Positions 12,901-25,329 of a stretch of DNA of 64,000 nucleotides are shown here, piece by piece. The position numbers were made by a program, and so were the translations under genes. The stretch is from Styela clava (Eukaryota). How positions within the stretch are numbered: position 1 is the first letter of the stretch; each line of letters starts with the position of its first letter. The stretch is taken from assembly GCF_964204865.1 (NCBI RefSeq), contig NC_135258.1:21204001-21268000 (forward strand), given 5' to 3'. Under the pieces are notes generated by a model. The model had not been told where the DNA came from and searched no databases. It saw only the letters and a list, made by a program, of their open reading frames with translations.

Positions 12901-15900
12901 ATGAAGATATGCTGGGAAAACATCATGAGCTTTATGGTGACATGGACTACACTTACGAATTCTTTTGAACTACTGGTCTACAATGAATGTCCTTTGATCA
13001 AACGTTGCGGGTAACTTTTGTAACATACGAATTATACTACCAATGCTGATTGTATTAGTTATTGTTCATCTTTCTCACACCTTGCCACTGGAGAACCATG
13101 ATATTTTCAGCAATTTACAATATCAGAAGGAATAAAAATTGATTAAAGGGCTTAGTTCTATGGCTAACTATCGGGACTTGTCCAGTCTTGTTATAAGGCA
13201 AGATTGGATATAAGATAACAGCACAAAGTTTGGGGTACACATGCTTGGAATTTGAGAATTAGGCAGAGAGAAGTTCGGAAACCATCACTTCACAATAGCG
13301 AGGAGTCCAGTAATACACTCACACAGGGGCGCAGACAGCCGGGGGGTTGTATGGGTCGTAACCCCCCCGTTTGAGAAAAATATTTTGAGCTGAATTTTTT
13401 TCTACAAAAGAGCAACAGCGACGTTTTACTGTCGCGCATCGTGGTTTTGCGGTCAAAACAATATTATTCTGTGTGTTATCTATGTAGCGCAGTTAGCACC
13501 GCCAGAATTTTATCGTCCTTACGATATGTTATCTTTTTTAGTTGGCGCTGATAATGATAAATGAGAATGTGTAATTGTTGATTGCAATTCGGTGAGGCGT
13601 ATTTTCCTTTCTCTCCATGAAACGAGGTCAACCGCCGATGTGAGCGCTCAAAAGGAGATTTGTGTTTAATTTGTGTTGTGAATGCACTCCTTAATAGTTG
13701 TCTTTAACATTTTCGCCGAACTCACAATTTTGTCCGAAATATAAAAACCAAACTACGATATCCGCCGTTGAGTGAAAATTAATATTTGCTAGTGGTTAAA
13801 AAAAAGTTGTTTAATATAGTGTAACAACATTAATTGAAGTGTCGGCCGCCGAAACGATCGCGATGACAAAAAATTTACTGCAGCCTTTGATTATGACAAA
13901 ATTATGAAATAAAAAACGCCACAAACGGAGTTTTCAGTATAGTAAAATCCGAAAAAAATATGTATTGTCACGGCGATCGTTTCGGCGGCCGACATCCCAA
14001 TTAATGTTGTTTAAAATGACAATACTCATTATTCGATGTTCGTTTCGAATTCGAATACCTCGATTACGATTTTGCCCGCCACTAATCACGGCGCATGTAA
14101 ATAATCATTGGATGGCAATAAAAAATCAACTTCATTGACAATAAATTCCAAGTAATAGTTTCACATTTCACGAATTTGCTCGGCGCTACATGCGAGGGTG
14201 TTTTTGTAAGTATAAACCGTTATGACGCTAGTTATAAGTTCTCTCCAAAATTAGTTTTCGCGATTTTTAATGTTTTATTTTTAAATGCGGGTACCCACTG
14301 ACTACAGATAAATGGTCGATGTTTGAAATAGGACTTGCAAAATATTCACCAAACACCACCAGGCAAAGAGAGGCGGTCTACAGGTAACTGTGGAATTTCG
14401 CTGTGAAGGACGCATACTTTTCAGTTTATTAAACGCCTTACGTCGTCGTGAATTGCACTTTTGGTGCACTGTTTTAATTTCACCGTAACCCCGTTAGAAA
14501 ATTCTGGCTGCGCCCCTGCACTCACACATAGTCATCTTCTACAAGATTAGACCCAACATAGTATGCTAATGAGTGGTACAAATGCTTAAACCAATCCAAT
14601 TGCCAAAATCATTGGTATTATCCCAACTGTAACTTACATAACATGAAACAGTGTTTGAATATTCAAATGTAATATATTAACAGCTGTACAGAGGATTCAA
14701 AAATTGAGGGAGGAATTGTAATATCATGTAAGAACATCACCACCAATGATCTACAAAAATTGCCACTGGAAAACATGACCAGAATAACTATAATAGGTAT
14801 ACTGTCAAGTGTCAAGTCTATAATATAAATTATTTTTCTGATAATAGAGTTATTTAACTGTCGGTACTTATTTTATATTAACATGTTAAATCGAGGAAAG
14901 GTATAATATGTTATTATTTTCAGTGATACTCAAGTTGTCACAATAAGATAATATAAAAATAGCTGAAATACTAGAAATCTGTGATTTTTTTTCTCATTCA
15001 GACTCCACTTTCCAAGACCCCGCGGACATTGGAATATTACGAAAAAGCACATTAAATACAATGAAGAATATTACAGTGTTTGCCACCGAGATTAGTCATT
15101 TTTCTTGGGAATATATGCCAGGTTAGAATTATGGAGGAAGAAAACATTACAAAAAGGAAAAATCTATTTCTGATAATATCTAAAGACTTGGTATTGTAAT
15201 ATAAAATTCTAGTTGCTTGAAGTCAAATAAGTAATGACAGCTCTAATATATTTTTCTATCACTCTAGTTTACATTCATCATTAATTTCAGACAACATTAT
15301 GAAGATAACTCTTGGTAAAACAAAAACAAAAAATATATTTTCAAGCAAAGAACTGAAACCAGATGGAACTTTCATATATGAATGTGGGATGCAGCATATA
15401 AAGGTGAGTGATTATCTGGATTTACACAAAAAAATATCTACAATATAAACTAGAGCTGCGTGCAGCTTTAACAGGCTTCCCGCGTAAAAAAAAATTTGCA
15501 TTTTATTGCTAGCTGAGAACTTCTGCACATTTGAGGTGAATTTCAAGTTTGTAGGACCAATTTGAAAAAATAATAATAATAAATAAATAATAATAATAAT
15601 AAAACACAGGAATACAATAGGTTCCCTGCTGACAAGCAGCGGGAAGCCTAATAAACTATTGTTTCTAAAAGCTGTTAAATAAATCAAAAGCTTCAAATTA
15701 AAGAGTCAATAACATTATAGCAGAAATCAAAATTCTGGTTTGCCGAAACAATGAAGAACTAGCCTGAAGAAATACCATGGTTGAACAGTAAGCAAAAAAC
15801 TATCAAATTTAGGGACGAAATATAATGACCCCTGGGACTCATATAAAATATGAAAAAAAAATTAAGATTTCCAGTGCCTTCTTCCATTTCAGTGAATGAA

Positions 15901-18900
15901 TTTGTACATTGGTAGCATAGAAAAGCATATTTCCACAACAACCCCAACAATTTAAGAAGATGAGCATAGTACAATCTGTACCCCAATATTCCCCATCTAT
16001 CTTCCAATCATTAAACAACTGAAAAGCTCACACTCCATATTGATCCTTGGCTAACCGAAATTGAAATCGAATAAATTGATCATCCTAATTTGGCAAATTA
16101 GGATGATCAATTTATTTGATTTCAATTTCAACTTCCTACGCTTTTATCGTGGGCCACTTTTTATGTTTCAGAATAAGATATTTTGTTGATAATTTTCAGA
16201 ATATTACTGCCCTGTATCTGCTGAGACAGGAAGAAATGAGAACAATTCCTCCATGCCTACCCCCAACACTGGCAAGATTGTCATTCAAAAGCGCAGATTT
16301 GTCAAGTCTTGGCGAAGACAGGGATGACGATGGCAGAACCACAATTATATGGCCTGAATCTTTGAAGATATTGCAATTTTCAGATAATAACATTACAACT
16401 CTTGCAGATAGAGTATTTGCTAATTCCCCGCAAAGTTTAACTCGGATCATATTTCGAAATCAGCCTATAATGAATGGAGCTTTTTTACTTAAACTGCCAG
16501 CTTCCACACTTTTAAATCTAAGACTCCAAAGTGCACCAATTGCATCAATTTTTGGGAGGCATTTTGAAAAATTTCGAAAAGAAAACATACTACAACATCT
16601 TGCGATAACGTACTGCAATCTGGTAGCAATACCTATGGGCATACCAACATCAGTTTCAAGTCTTCATTTAGAAGACAATAAGATCAAAGTAATAGATCCA
16701 ATGGCAGTGAAGGACTTGACAAATCTCAAGTATATTGGATTAAAGAGAAACTTGCTGAAATTTATATCCGTTGGACTTCCAAAAAGTTTAGAAGATATCC
16801 AGCTTCCACACAACCAAATTCTCTCTTGTCACACTGAAGCATTTATTGAACTTAAAAACTTAACTACTCTCAACCTATCCAACAACAGGTGTATTTTTTA
16901 TATTTGATCACAATTAGTTCAGATTGAAGTTAAAGTATACCTTATCAAACCTATAAAAGTGTAATGAAAAACAAAAGAAATGAAAACTAAATTGAAAGTT
17001 TTGTAAATTTGTCATAATGCATCAATTATTCAAACATTTAAAAAAAATAATAGATCTGATACTTGAAGGTTGAAATCCAACTACTCTGCTCAATCTGTTG
17101 AAACTTATTTCCTGAATTCATGAATTTCTAATTCAATTCTCAATTTTTTTTTCAATTTGTATTACTTGAAAATTCAACTGCTATCGATTCAAAATCATGT
17201 TTTAAAATCATTCCATGGGTTTACCATAACCAAACGCTTTTTCCCCGACCTTTAGACTTCAGAAAAATTCTTCCTATACTTTACCATTGCAAAATTTTTG
17301 ATGCTTATTTTAAGAGAAGTTTCGCGAATTGGCGCTATAAAATGGTTTATATGTTTTGAACCAGCATTTTTGATTGCTGTAATTAAACTAAAACTCAAAG
17401 GAAAATAAAATTATCATTGAGTTATTTGATTCATAATTTACAAAACACAACTACAATCTAACAAATAGCATGCAAAAATGTTTACAACCATGCCTAAATA
17501 TCTGTCTGAGTGACAAATGTGTCTGAGCGGCTGCTAAAACGTCTATTGTTATTACGTCAGTTTTTGCATCTTGTTGATTAGCCAATGTTACGGAAGTAAA
17601 CAAGAAAGTCTATGCTCTGGGAAGCATTTATTACTAATATTAATCTGAATACCAATTTCAATCTCAAATTACCCCATATTAATGAGAACTATTACACAAT
17701 TCAGGTTGATGAACATTCCCACAGGTATTTCGCATGGTATTTTACATTTCGATGTGCAAGGAAATCAAATATCAGAGATTGGACCACATTCGAACTATGA
17801 ATTCTGTGCCAACTGCAAAGTGTTTAACATTTTTGATAACCCATGGGCTTGTAATTCAAATATGATAAAATTTTTAGTCTGGATAAGTAAACCCAATATC
17901 AGTAAAACAATATCATCTGACATAAATAAATATGTGGAATGTGAAACTGGAATGCCAGGTATTATTTTCTACTATTATTACTCATTTTAAAGCCAATTGT
18001 ATGGCGAAAATTGACTTACAATTTGCATATCAATAGGAAAAATATAATCATATAAGCTTGTTTTAGAAAATTTCACCATAGCATTTTTTGCGCTCAAGGA
18101 TATTAATATCATTGAGATATGTGGTGATTAGTATAAATACTTAATATGGCTTTCAAACTTTTTTACAAAAAAGCTACAATAATTGTGTTTGAAATAAACA
18201 TTGAGATTGTGCAAAATGTTCTTATTTGTATTACCATAAATACTATTGCAGGTCTGAATGATATGATTTTGGAGAAAATTATGAGCACTTTGATAATATT
18301 TCAAAAGCTTGGTTGCTTCTATAATGTGGCAGTTCTGAATTGTACATCAAGCAAAATGGAGACAATCCCAAGAATCGAAAATAATTTGAAGAAGGCTATA
18401 ATTGTCAATAATGCATTGCCTATGAATGGAACTGATTATGTATTTTATGGACAAAAATCCTTAACAAGGTAAGTTCTGATAATTTGACTGAAATACATTT
18501 GGATAATAATAAACTTATCATATTTGGAAGAAGGATATAAAATTTGGCACACTATTAAATTTCAACATGTACTGGAGACGTATGCTAAATTAATAATTAA
18601 TTTAAAACTGTTAACAACTTCGCTTTTAGAGTTCAACTTGAAAATATTGGATTATTTTGGATACCGAGAGGTTTACCAGAAAGTATATTATACCTGAGCT
18701 TGGCAAACAACAAAATATCAAGTCTTTCTGAAAAAGATGGAGAAGCTTTGAAGAATCTAACAAATGTTCGAGAAATAAACCTGAAGAACAATAAACTATT
18801 TACAATGCCAATGAATCACATACTATCGTTATCCTACTTAGAGATGGTAGACCTGTTTGGAAATCCATTGGTATGTCATTTCACTTATTCTTACAAACAC

Positions 18901-21900
18901 ATTCAAGAACATTCTTCATCATTTACCATCGCTATCTAATTAAAAAATATAACAATAATACAACAGCTCCAGAATGAATGTTTATTTCAAGTTTCAATCG
19001 CTGTTTCAACAAAACTGTGTTACTCATATTGCAAAGTGAAATTTGTTAAAGAGTTGGATATGATTATGTTGGCACTGCAGGGTGATTCAAACCCTCCGTG
19101 TACCACTATAGCCAATGCTGAACTGGGAAGTCAGTTGTCCAGATGATTGTTAAAAGTAGAGACATGAAAAAAATTCATAAAAAATTATGTCAGCAGTTGA
19201 ACCGAACCTCGAAATAAAAAGTTCCCTAACCCCACTCGTCTTGGCTTTGAGTTTTTTTCTCAGAAGCTCACTCATATCTGCTTACATCTGAACAAACAAT
19301 CTTCCCGTATACAATTGAGTCACTATAATTTTGTTACAGATATGCAACTGTGAATTATGGCCCTTCATTGTTTGGCTATATGAGAAGGAACACCAGGAAA
19401 GATTAGAGAACAATGGAGAAATAAATCAACATGGTACATGTCATGCACCCATGGATAAGATTGGAACTGATATCACATTTTTAAAAAATTATTTCTGGTA
19501 CATTTCCAAACTATTGATAACATTAAAATATGTTGATAATTGCCTAACATTATTCTGAATCAGTTATACATATATTCTTCATAGGTATGAAAAACCATGT
19601 ATTCAGCATACCTGTGAATGGGACAGAAAATATCCAGACTTGGATTGTTCATACGGCAAAGCAATGGTACTTCCTTGTATTTATACTTCAATTTGCCCCA
19701 TTAATATAAATTTGATATAACATTGGTTATAAACTCAAATATATTTTTTAGGAAATCTCCAAAAACTACACAGATATAATGGGTCAATTGCCGGCTATAG
19801 CACGAAGCGGATATTGGAAGAAAATTAAATTGAGTGGGCTGGGATTGCAAAATACAAAAATAAGATTGAATCATTTGTATGGTTTGATAAACATCAACTT
19901 GTCAAGTAACCCATTAGCTTATATTATTCCACTATTTTTTCACACTAAAATTTATCAATTATCGAAATTGGACACAATTTCAGTGTCTTTCAAGGAAAGG
20001 ATATTAAATCTCAAGTCGAATAATATAATGAATTTTTGCCCGAATTCTTTTTTCTAAAAATTCGTCTTATACCTTATTATTGTGAGAGTTATGTTTCATA
20101 TATTTAGATTTTCGTTGAACACATTTATTTTTAGTTTTTCTTTCAGGGTGCTGACTGATTGAGTGTCATCTCAAATGATTCCCAACAGCGTAATTGCGTA
20201 ATTAAACAGTACTGCAAGCAAATATTAGCATTTTGGAAAACTATGTTCATGTGTCACTAGAAAACTAAACTTGACTGAAGAAATAGGAGTTTGTTTCATT
20301 TGACTTAACCAGTTTTCATTTCAATATCAAATGCCTCCAGAAAGTGACAAAGTTACATGCCACTCATATTTTGTCAGGAGTTTTTAGCTGAATGAATTGC
20401 ATCTTACTTTGAAGGCTTGCCTCGGAAGGATTGTGACTTTAATCAATTCAACATAAAAAATAATAAGCACTGCTAACTTTTTCAGATAATTCATTGAACA
20501 GTTTTCCTCTTGTTGGATTACCTGGTACTGTGCAAAATCTGACTTTAAAGAACAATAACATAAGCTCACTGCCAAGTATTGAAGGCATAAAGCGGCATCT
20601 GCCAGATTTGAAATATCTTGATCTGCAGAAGAACAAATTAACGTATGTATTGGAAAATAAAAACTTAAAACAATGTATAATACTATATTTTCACATTAAA
20701 GTTTTATAATCCGGAATGTCTTGTTTACACAGATCATTGAATGAACACGATGTCCAATTGTTCCCGCTGCTAACGAAATTTCTGTTACATCAAAATCCAC
20801 TGGTTTGTGACTGCAAACTAAGACCGTTTGTGGCATGGATTGCAGCAAACCATGACAATCCCAGTGTTATGAGAAGTCATGAATTAGAGGTAATTGGGAG
20901 CACACGGACAATAAATAACTTTTGTTCTGAAAATCTTTATGGGGAAATTTTCAATAATAAGGCATCAGATAGAATGGATGCAAAAGGTTCAGCATATTCG
21001 CAGTGACACAAATACCGTATTTTCCAAGTAATAGGTCTATAAGTAGAGGTCAATTTGTAAAACTAAATATCAGGGTTTTTCTATATTATCGTCGAACAAG
21101 TCAGGGCAGAAAAAATTGGTTACTTTGTTTTTCCGTTTGTCAGAGCACCAATATGCGCTTATAATTTAATATGGCTATTTTGTAAGTAAAATCATGTTTA
21201 TTTCATCTCTTGTAAAATCATTTCCATGGAATTCACTATTCTGCCTAACAAAGCCATATTCAGCATTAAAAGGGTAGCTTGGAGCGTTGCAATATTCTTT
21301 TAAAAAGAATGAAGTCAAAACACAGTATAAAGTCAAATACCAGTAGCTATTGGAAGACCGTTTAGCATCGAATACATTTTAAAATATATCCTACTCAGAG
21401 ATAATTAAGCTAGAGAAGGCTAATGCAAAAAAAAAAGCTAACCACAGAAAAAAACACAGGCCCAAGTCAACCAATAAAATGACCCCTGAAAATCAGGTCC
21501 AAATATTGAGTCCAGAAAATCGTCTTACGGTAAAAAAATATGGTATGTGATACTTTGCTGATTTAAAACGAATTGCAAAATGTTGTCTGCTATTATTTTA
21601 TCTTGCAGTATCCAAATTGTTCACTTGGTTTTCAAATGGTTTTCACTTTGTTTCCAGTAGATTCTCTCAAAAAACTTGTTCCTATGGCTTGCAACATACT
21701 ACTGAGAACTAATCAAATTGAAACCCCAAATCATACCTAAAACCTATATTATTTATTTTGGCAGAGACTGACATGCTATGCTCCATGGAACTTAGCAGGT
21801 GACTTAATCATGAATCTTACAGAAGCGAAATATTGTCCAGATGTCAACGTTGGTGTGATAAGTGGTGGATTGGTTGCTGGAGTGTTGTTTCTCATTGTCC

Positions 21901-23941
21901 TAGCAATTGCATGCAATATATACATGCACAGAGTAAGCTGAATTATTCTTATAATGTATAAATGATGATAAATCTAGAGCTATTTTTTATGTTTTCTGAA
22001 AAAAAAAGCAGATAACTGACAGTTATTCAAAATGTTAATAAACAATGGGAAATTTAAAAAATGTGGATTATATCAATAACAACTATTTTTCGAGAAATGC
22101 AAGATTCGAGAAAAAGAAGCCATATTGCAAGGTTTTCGAGAATTATTACAGCAGGAAGCTGGATTTGATGACACCGATCCTGAAACTGGGGTGAACATGA
22201 TTGAACCTACAAGATTTAAGTATGATGCATTCGTATCTTATGCACCACATGAAGAAGACACAGAATTTGCAATGTGGCTTCTGGATGTGAGTAATAGTTC
22301 ACAAATACAGTAATGAAAAGTATGAATACAATACATCCATTTCAAAAGATTTATTGGCTATGTACAAAGATTGCTTTAGTCAAGTGTATATAGTAGAAGT
22401 AGTATATAATAGAAATTATTAATTTATCTTGAGAGCATTATGTCTCACTTCTCACTTGCAATGTATAATATTTAACACCGCCACAAAAAACCCAATTTTA
22501 TGTTTTTTGGTTGTTTCTGTATACAATTGTTTATTTCATATCAATAACAGTCAGAATTTTGCTAGTTTCAAATTTATTTCATCAAGTTTGCTTGAAGTGA
22601 GGTCCCTGCGGAGTGCATAGGCTTGCTATATTTAGCTATATACATATATATTAACTGGTGACCGTACATTCGAACCCACGAACATTTGAACCCATGTGTA
22701 TATCCGCGGGTTCAATCTATATGCGGGTGCTAAAACCCATGGGTTAGGGTTAGGATGGGTTCAAATATCCGTAAAACAGAAAAAATTTTCATAGGTGCAC
22801 TAATATGCAGGTGCAATTGTCGTGAGTTCAAATGTACGTGGGTTCAAATGTACATGGGTTCAAATGTAATGGAACCATATTAGCTATATTATACATATCT
22901 AATGTTTTTTGTTTTATATTTGGCAAAAGGGGTGCATGCAGCACATTTGTGTTTTAGGCCAATAGGTCTTGTGCATGCATCCCGTCTTAAATAATAATAT
23001 TTGTCAATTTATTTATTTATCACTATTACGAAACGAATAAACATACATACATTTTTTTGTGTATGCCGCCTTTCATAAAATCACAAAAAGTCATATGTTT
23101 AAAACAAAGCTTGGTACTGATAACCAATTATTATTCGGATGAAAGCTCACATCTGAATTAATTGTTTATTCTTGAATTATATTTATAATTACTTTGACTA
23201 CAACCAACAAGAATATACTATTTTACTCCACAAAAAATTCAATATACTCACACAAAACTTTACAGAGAAAACTCATAAAATTCAAAATAAAATTATTTCA
23301 GGAGTTGGAGATTGAACAGAACTATAAGCTATGTGTACATGAGAGGGATTTTGTCCCAGGAACTGGTATAGCAGATAACATTGTGGAATGTATCGGTGCA
23401 TCAAAGCGCATTATTCTAATTTTATCAAACCATTTTGTAACAAGTCCATGGTGTCAATATGAAGTTCAAATCGCACTTACAGAGCTCCATCAAAAGAGGA
23501 AAAGCAAACTTCTTGTACCTATTTTGCTGGAGGTACGTATGATTGTAAACCCAATAAGAATTTGATAATATTCTTAACATTGCAAATCCTCAAAAGCTAT
23601 TCAGTGAAGCTTAATATTCAAGAAAAATCCATTACATTCCAGTAAAAACCTGATTCTCGATTACTGTTGGAATACAGAACTGAGATAAAACTTAGTTAAA
23701 AATACTATTTTTAATGATTCTAAAAACAAGTATCTACAGAAAGTTATCTTATTTACTCTTTGCTGCATAATTTCACTTTCAGGAACTGGATGGAAAAGTA
23801 GAAGGAAGTGTAAAAACGTTTTTATCATTGATAAAAGGTATAAGAATACCACATAACCAGAGTCATTCTCAGTGGACTGTGTTCTGGAATGAAATTAAAG
23901 AAGCAATGCCAGAAGAACCAATTCAAGATAGCATTGTATGA
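12901..23941 (+). CDS. Toll-like receptor A (multi-cysteine-cluster type), ~1104 aa, 17 coding exons
   Basis: Exons 12901-13010, 14684-14796, 15002-15121, 15291-15403, 16200-16888, 17705-17958, 18252-18468, 18630-18870, 19340-19497, 19585-19666, 19752-19905, 20486-20642, 20733-20889, 21765-21932, 22095-22286, 23302-23532, 23783-23941 (3315 nt, in frame). LRRs present; LRRCTs NPWACN, NPLICNC, NPLVCDC; TM VISGGLVAGVLFLIVLAIACNIYM; TIR YDAFVSY / CVHERDFVPG / SPWCQYE / FW. Confidence 0.88.
13324..14518. mobile_element. Non-autonomous hAT DNA transposon in TLR-A intron 1
   Basis: TIRs caggggcgcagacag / ctggctgcgcccctg; perfect 8-bp TSD cactcaca (13316-13323, 14519-14526); internal inverted repeat ~13829-13870 / ~13966-14009; a partial second copy lies at 51157-51994. 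Confidence 0.9.
16057..16129. repeat. Near-perfect palindrome (36-bp arms, 1-nt loop)
   Basis: gaaattgaaatcgaataaattgatcatcctaatttg-g-caaattaggatgatcaatttatttgatttcaatttc, with one mismatch. Confidence 0.9.
17240..17510 (+). repeat. Dispersed repeat, copy 1 (TLR-A intron)
   Basis: Colinear similarity to ~60420-60790 (ccccgacctt..gaaaaattcttcct.tactttaccattgcaaaatttt..; aattaaa.taaaactc; tctgtctgag). Confidence 0.7.
21015..21543. mobile_element. Tc1/mariner-pogo (Tigger-like) MITE
   Basis: TA|ccgtattttcc ... aaaaaatatgg|TA termini with TA target duplication. Confidence 0.6.
22657..22877. mobile_element. Small foldback MITE-like element with central GGGTTAGGGTTAGG
   Basis: Terminal inverted repeats tggtgaccgtacattcgaaccc / gggttcaaatgtaatggaacca; tandem acatt(c/t)gaaccc and gggttcaaatgt subterminal units. 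Confidence 0.6.
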
Positions 23942-24080
23942 GAGAGAAATTGGCAGCAACTCATAAAATGAGAGCATGCTAATGGGTTCTGCAGAAGCAC
24001 ACTTAGAGACTGAAGAAATCCCATAAAAACTTGGAATAAAAATGGAAAACAATGGAATTCGATATCTTGTGTGTCTAACT

Positions 24081-24373
24081 CAATGGTTCTCAAAAAGTGG
24101 GGTGCGCCTCATATGCGTAAAGAATTTTTTGAGTGGTGTAAACCAAATAAAAAATAAAAATATTTGTTAGATTTGATCTTGCCAGCCTTATTTTGGACAT
24201 TTACATTTCAAAACTTTCCATATATTTTATTATTTACTTTCCATCCCTGCATTTTCAACATGTTTTTTGAATAAAACATACTTTCCCTTTACTATTCGTT
24301 ATTTGTAGCTTATTTTTAGCTACCGTAGGTATTTTTGAGGTGGGGCGCAGCTTAAAAATTTTAAGAACAACTG
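24081..24373. mobile_element. hAT (Charlie-like) MITE between TLR-A and TLR-B
   Basis: TIRs caatggttctcaaa / tttaagaacaactg; perfect 8-bp TSD gtctaact (24073-24080, 24374-24381). Confidence 0.85.
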
Positions 24374-25100
24374 GTCTAACTCATAATTCACAAAATGATT
24401 TCAATGCATGTTGTGCATTATATATAAAAATACTGTTTATTCGAAAGAAAGGAAGGTTTCTTCTATACATCAGTGTATTGAAACATCTTCAAAATTTTAT
24501 TATTTTTTGGTCATTCTCTGGCACATTAGTCACTGTCTTGAAAAAGCTCAGCCTTAAAAAAATACCTGCACAAGAGGCCACCCGCTGTACCCCCAAGCTA
24601 ATTTGATAAAAAAAAACTGAGTAGGGGGAGAACGAACAGGCGGAACAGGAACAATTTTACACAGTTGGAGTCTGCCTTCATCTACGCAAGCATTAGAATC
24701 AAATTCTAGAAGCTGAGCAAGATTCAAAGGTTGCTGCAATATAGATTTGAAGGGGAAAATTTAAAGTTGAACCAAAACTCATTGGTACATTTGGCCAATG
24801 GAAAATAGGGTTATCCAAAAAGCCATCAAAAATATAGGTTCAAGGATTGAACTGTGTGGAAATAGGAAAGTTTGACAACACTGGTCATCAGTAATATACT
24901 CTGAAATAAGATATGACATAAAATGTGAAATAAGAGAGAGCCTGCCAAGTCAAACTATGGAATACTTAGAAAATATACAATTCAATAAGATGGCCTCCTC
25001 GTATTAATAAAAAAATAAGTCCATTGCTAGAGTGCAGTCAATTATTAGAAACCTCTTTTTATTACAAGCAACTGATTAGAATTAGGTATATTCAAAGAGT

Positions 25101-25110
25101 GGGAATTTCC
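25101..25110 (+). promoter_or_regulatory. Consensus NF-kB site GGGAATTTCC upstream of TLR-B
   Basis: Exact GGGRNWYYCC match ~220 bp 5' of the TLR-B ATG; function untested. Confidence 0.4.
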
Positions 25111-25329
25111 TTGCATGTTACAGTACTCTCACATTAAACAATGTTAAAGTAGCTCGTGATTACTATACTGAAATTCTTTCCATAGCACGTATTGAAACAG
25201 TGACTAATTACAATGAATGAGCAATATCATGACTAGTTACAAAAAAGGGAATACGAGTCAGTTCAAGAAAGTTGTTTCAAAGGCAATGGGATAACAATCA
25301 GATTAGATATATTATGATCAGGATAATCA

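Noticed and set aside
22741-22754. Interstitial telomere (GGGTTAGGGTTAGG)
   Set aside because: Only ~2 units, central within a small foldback element.
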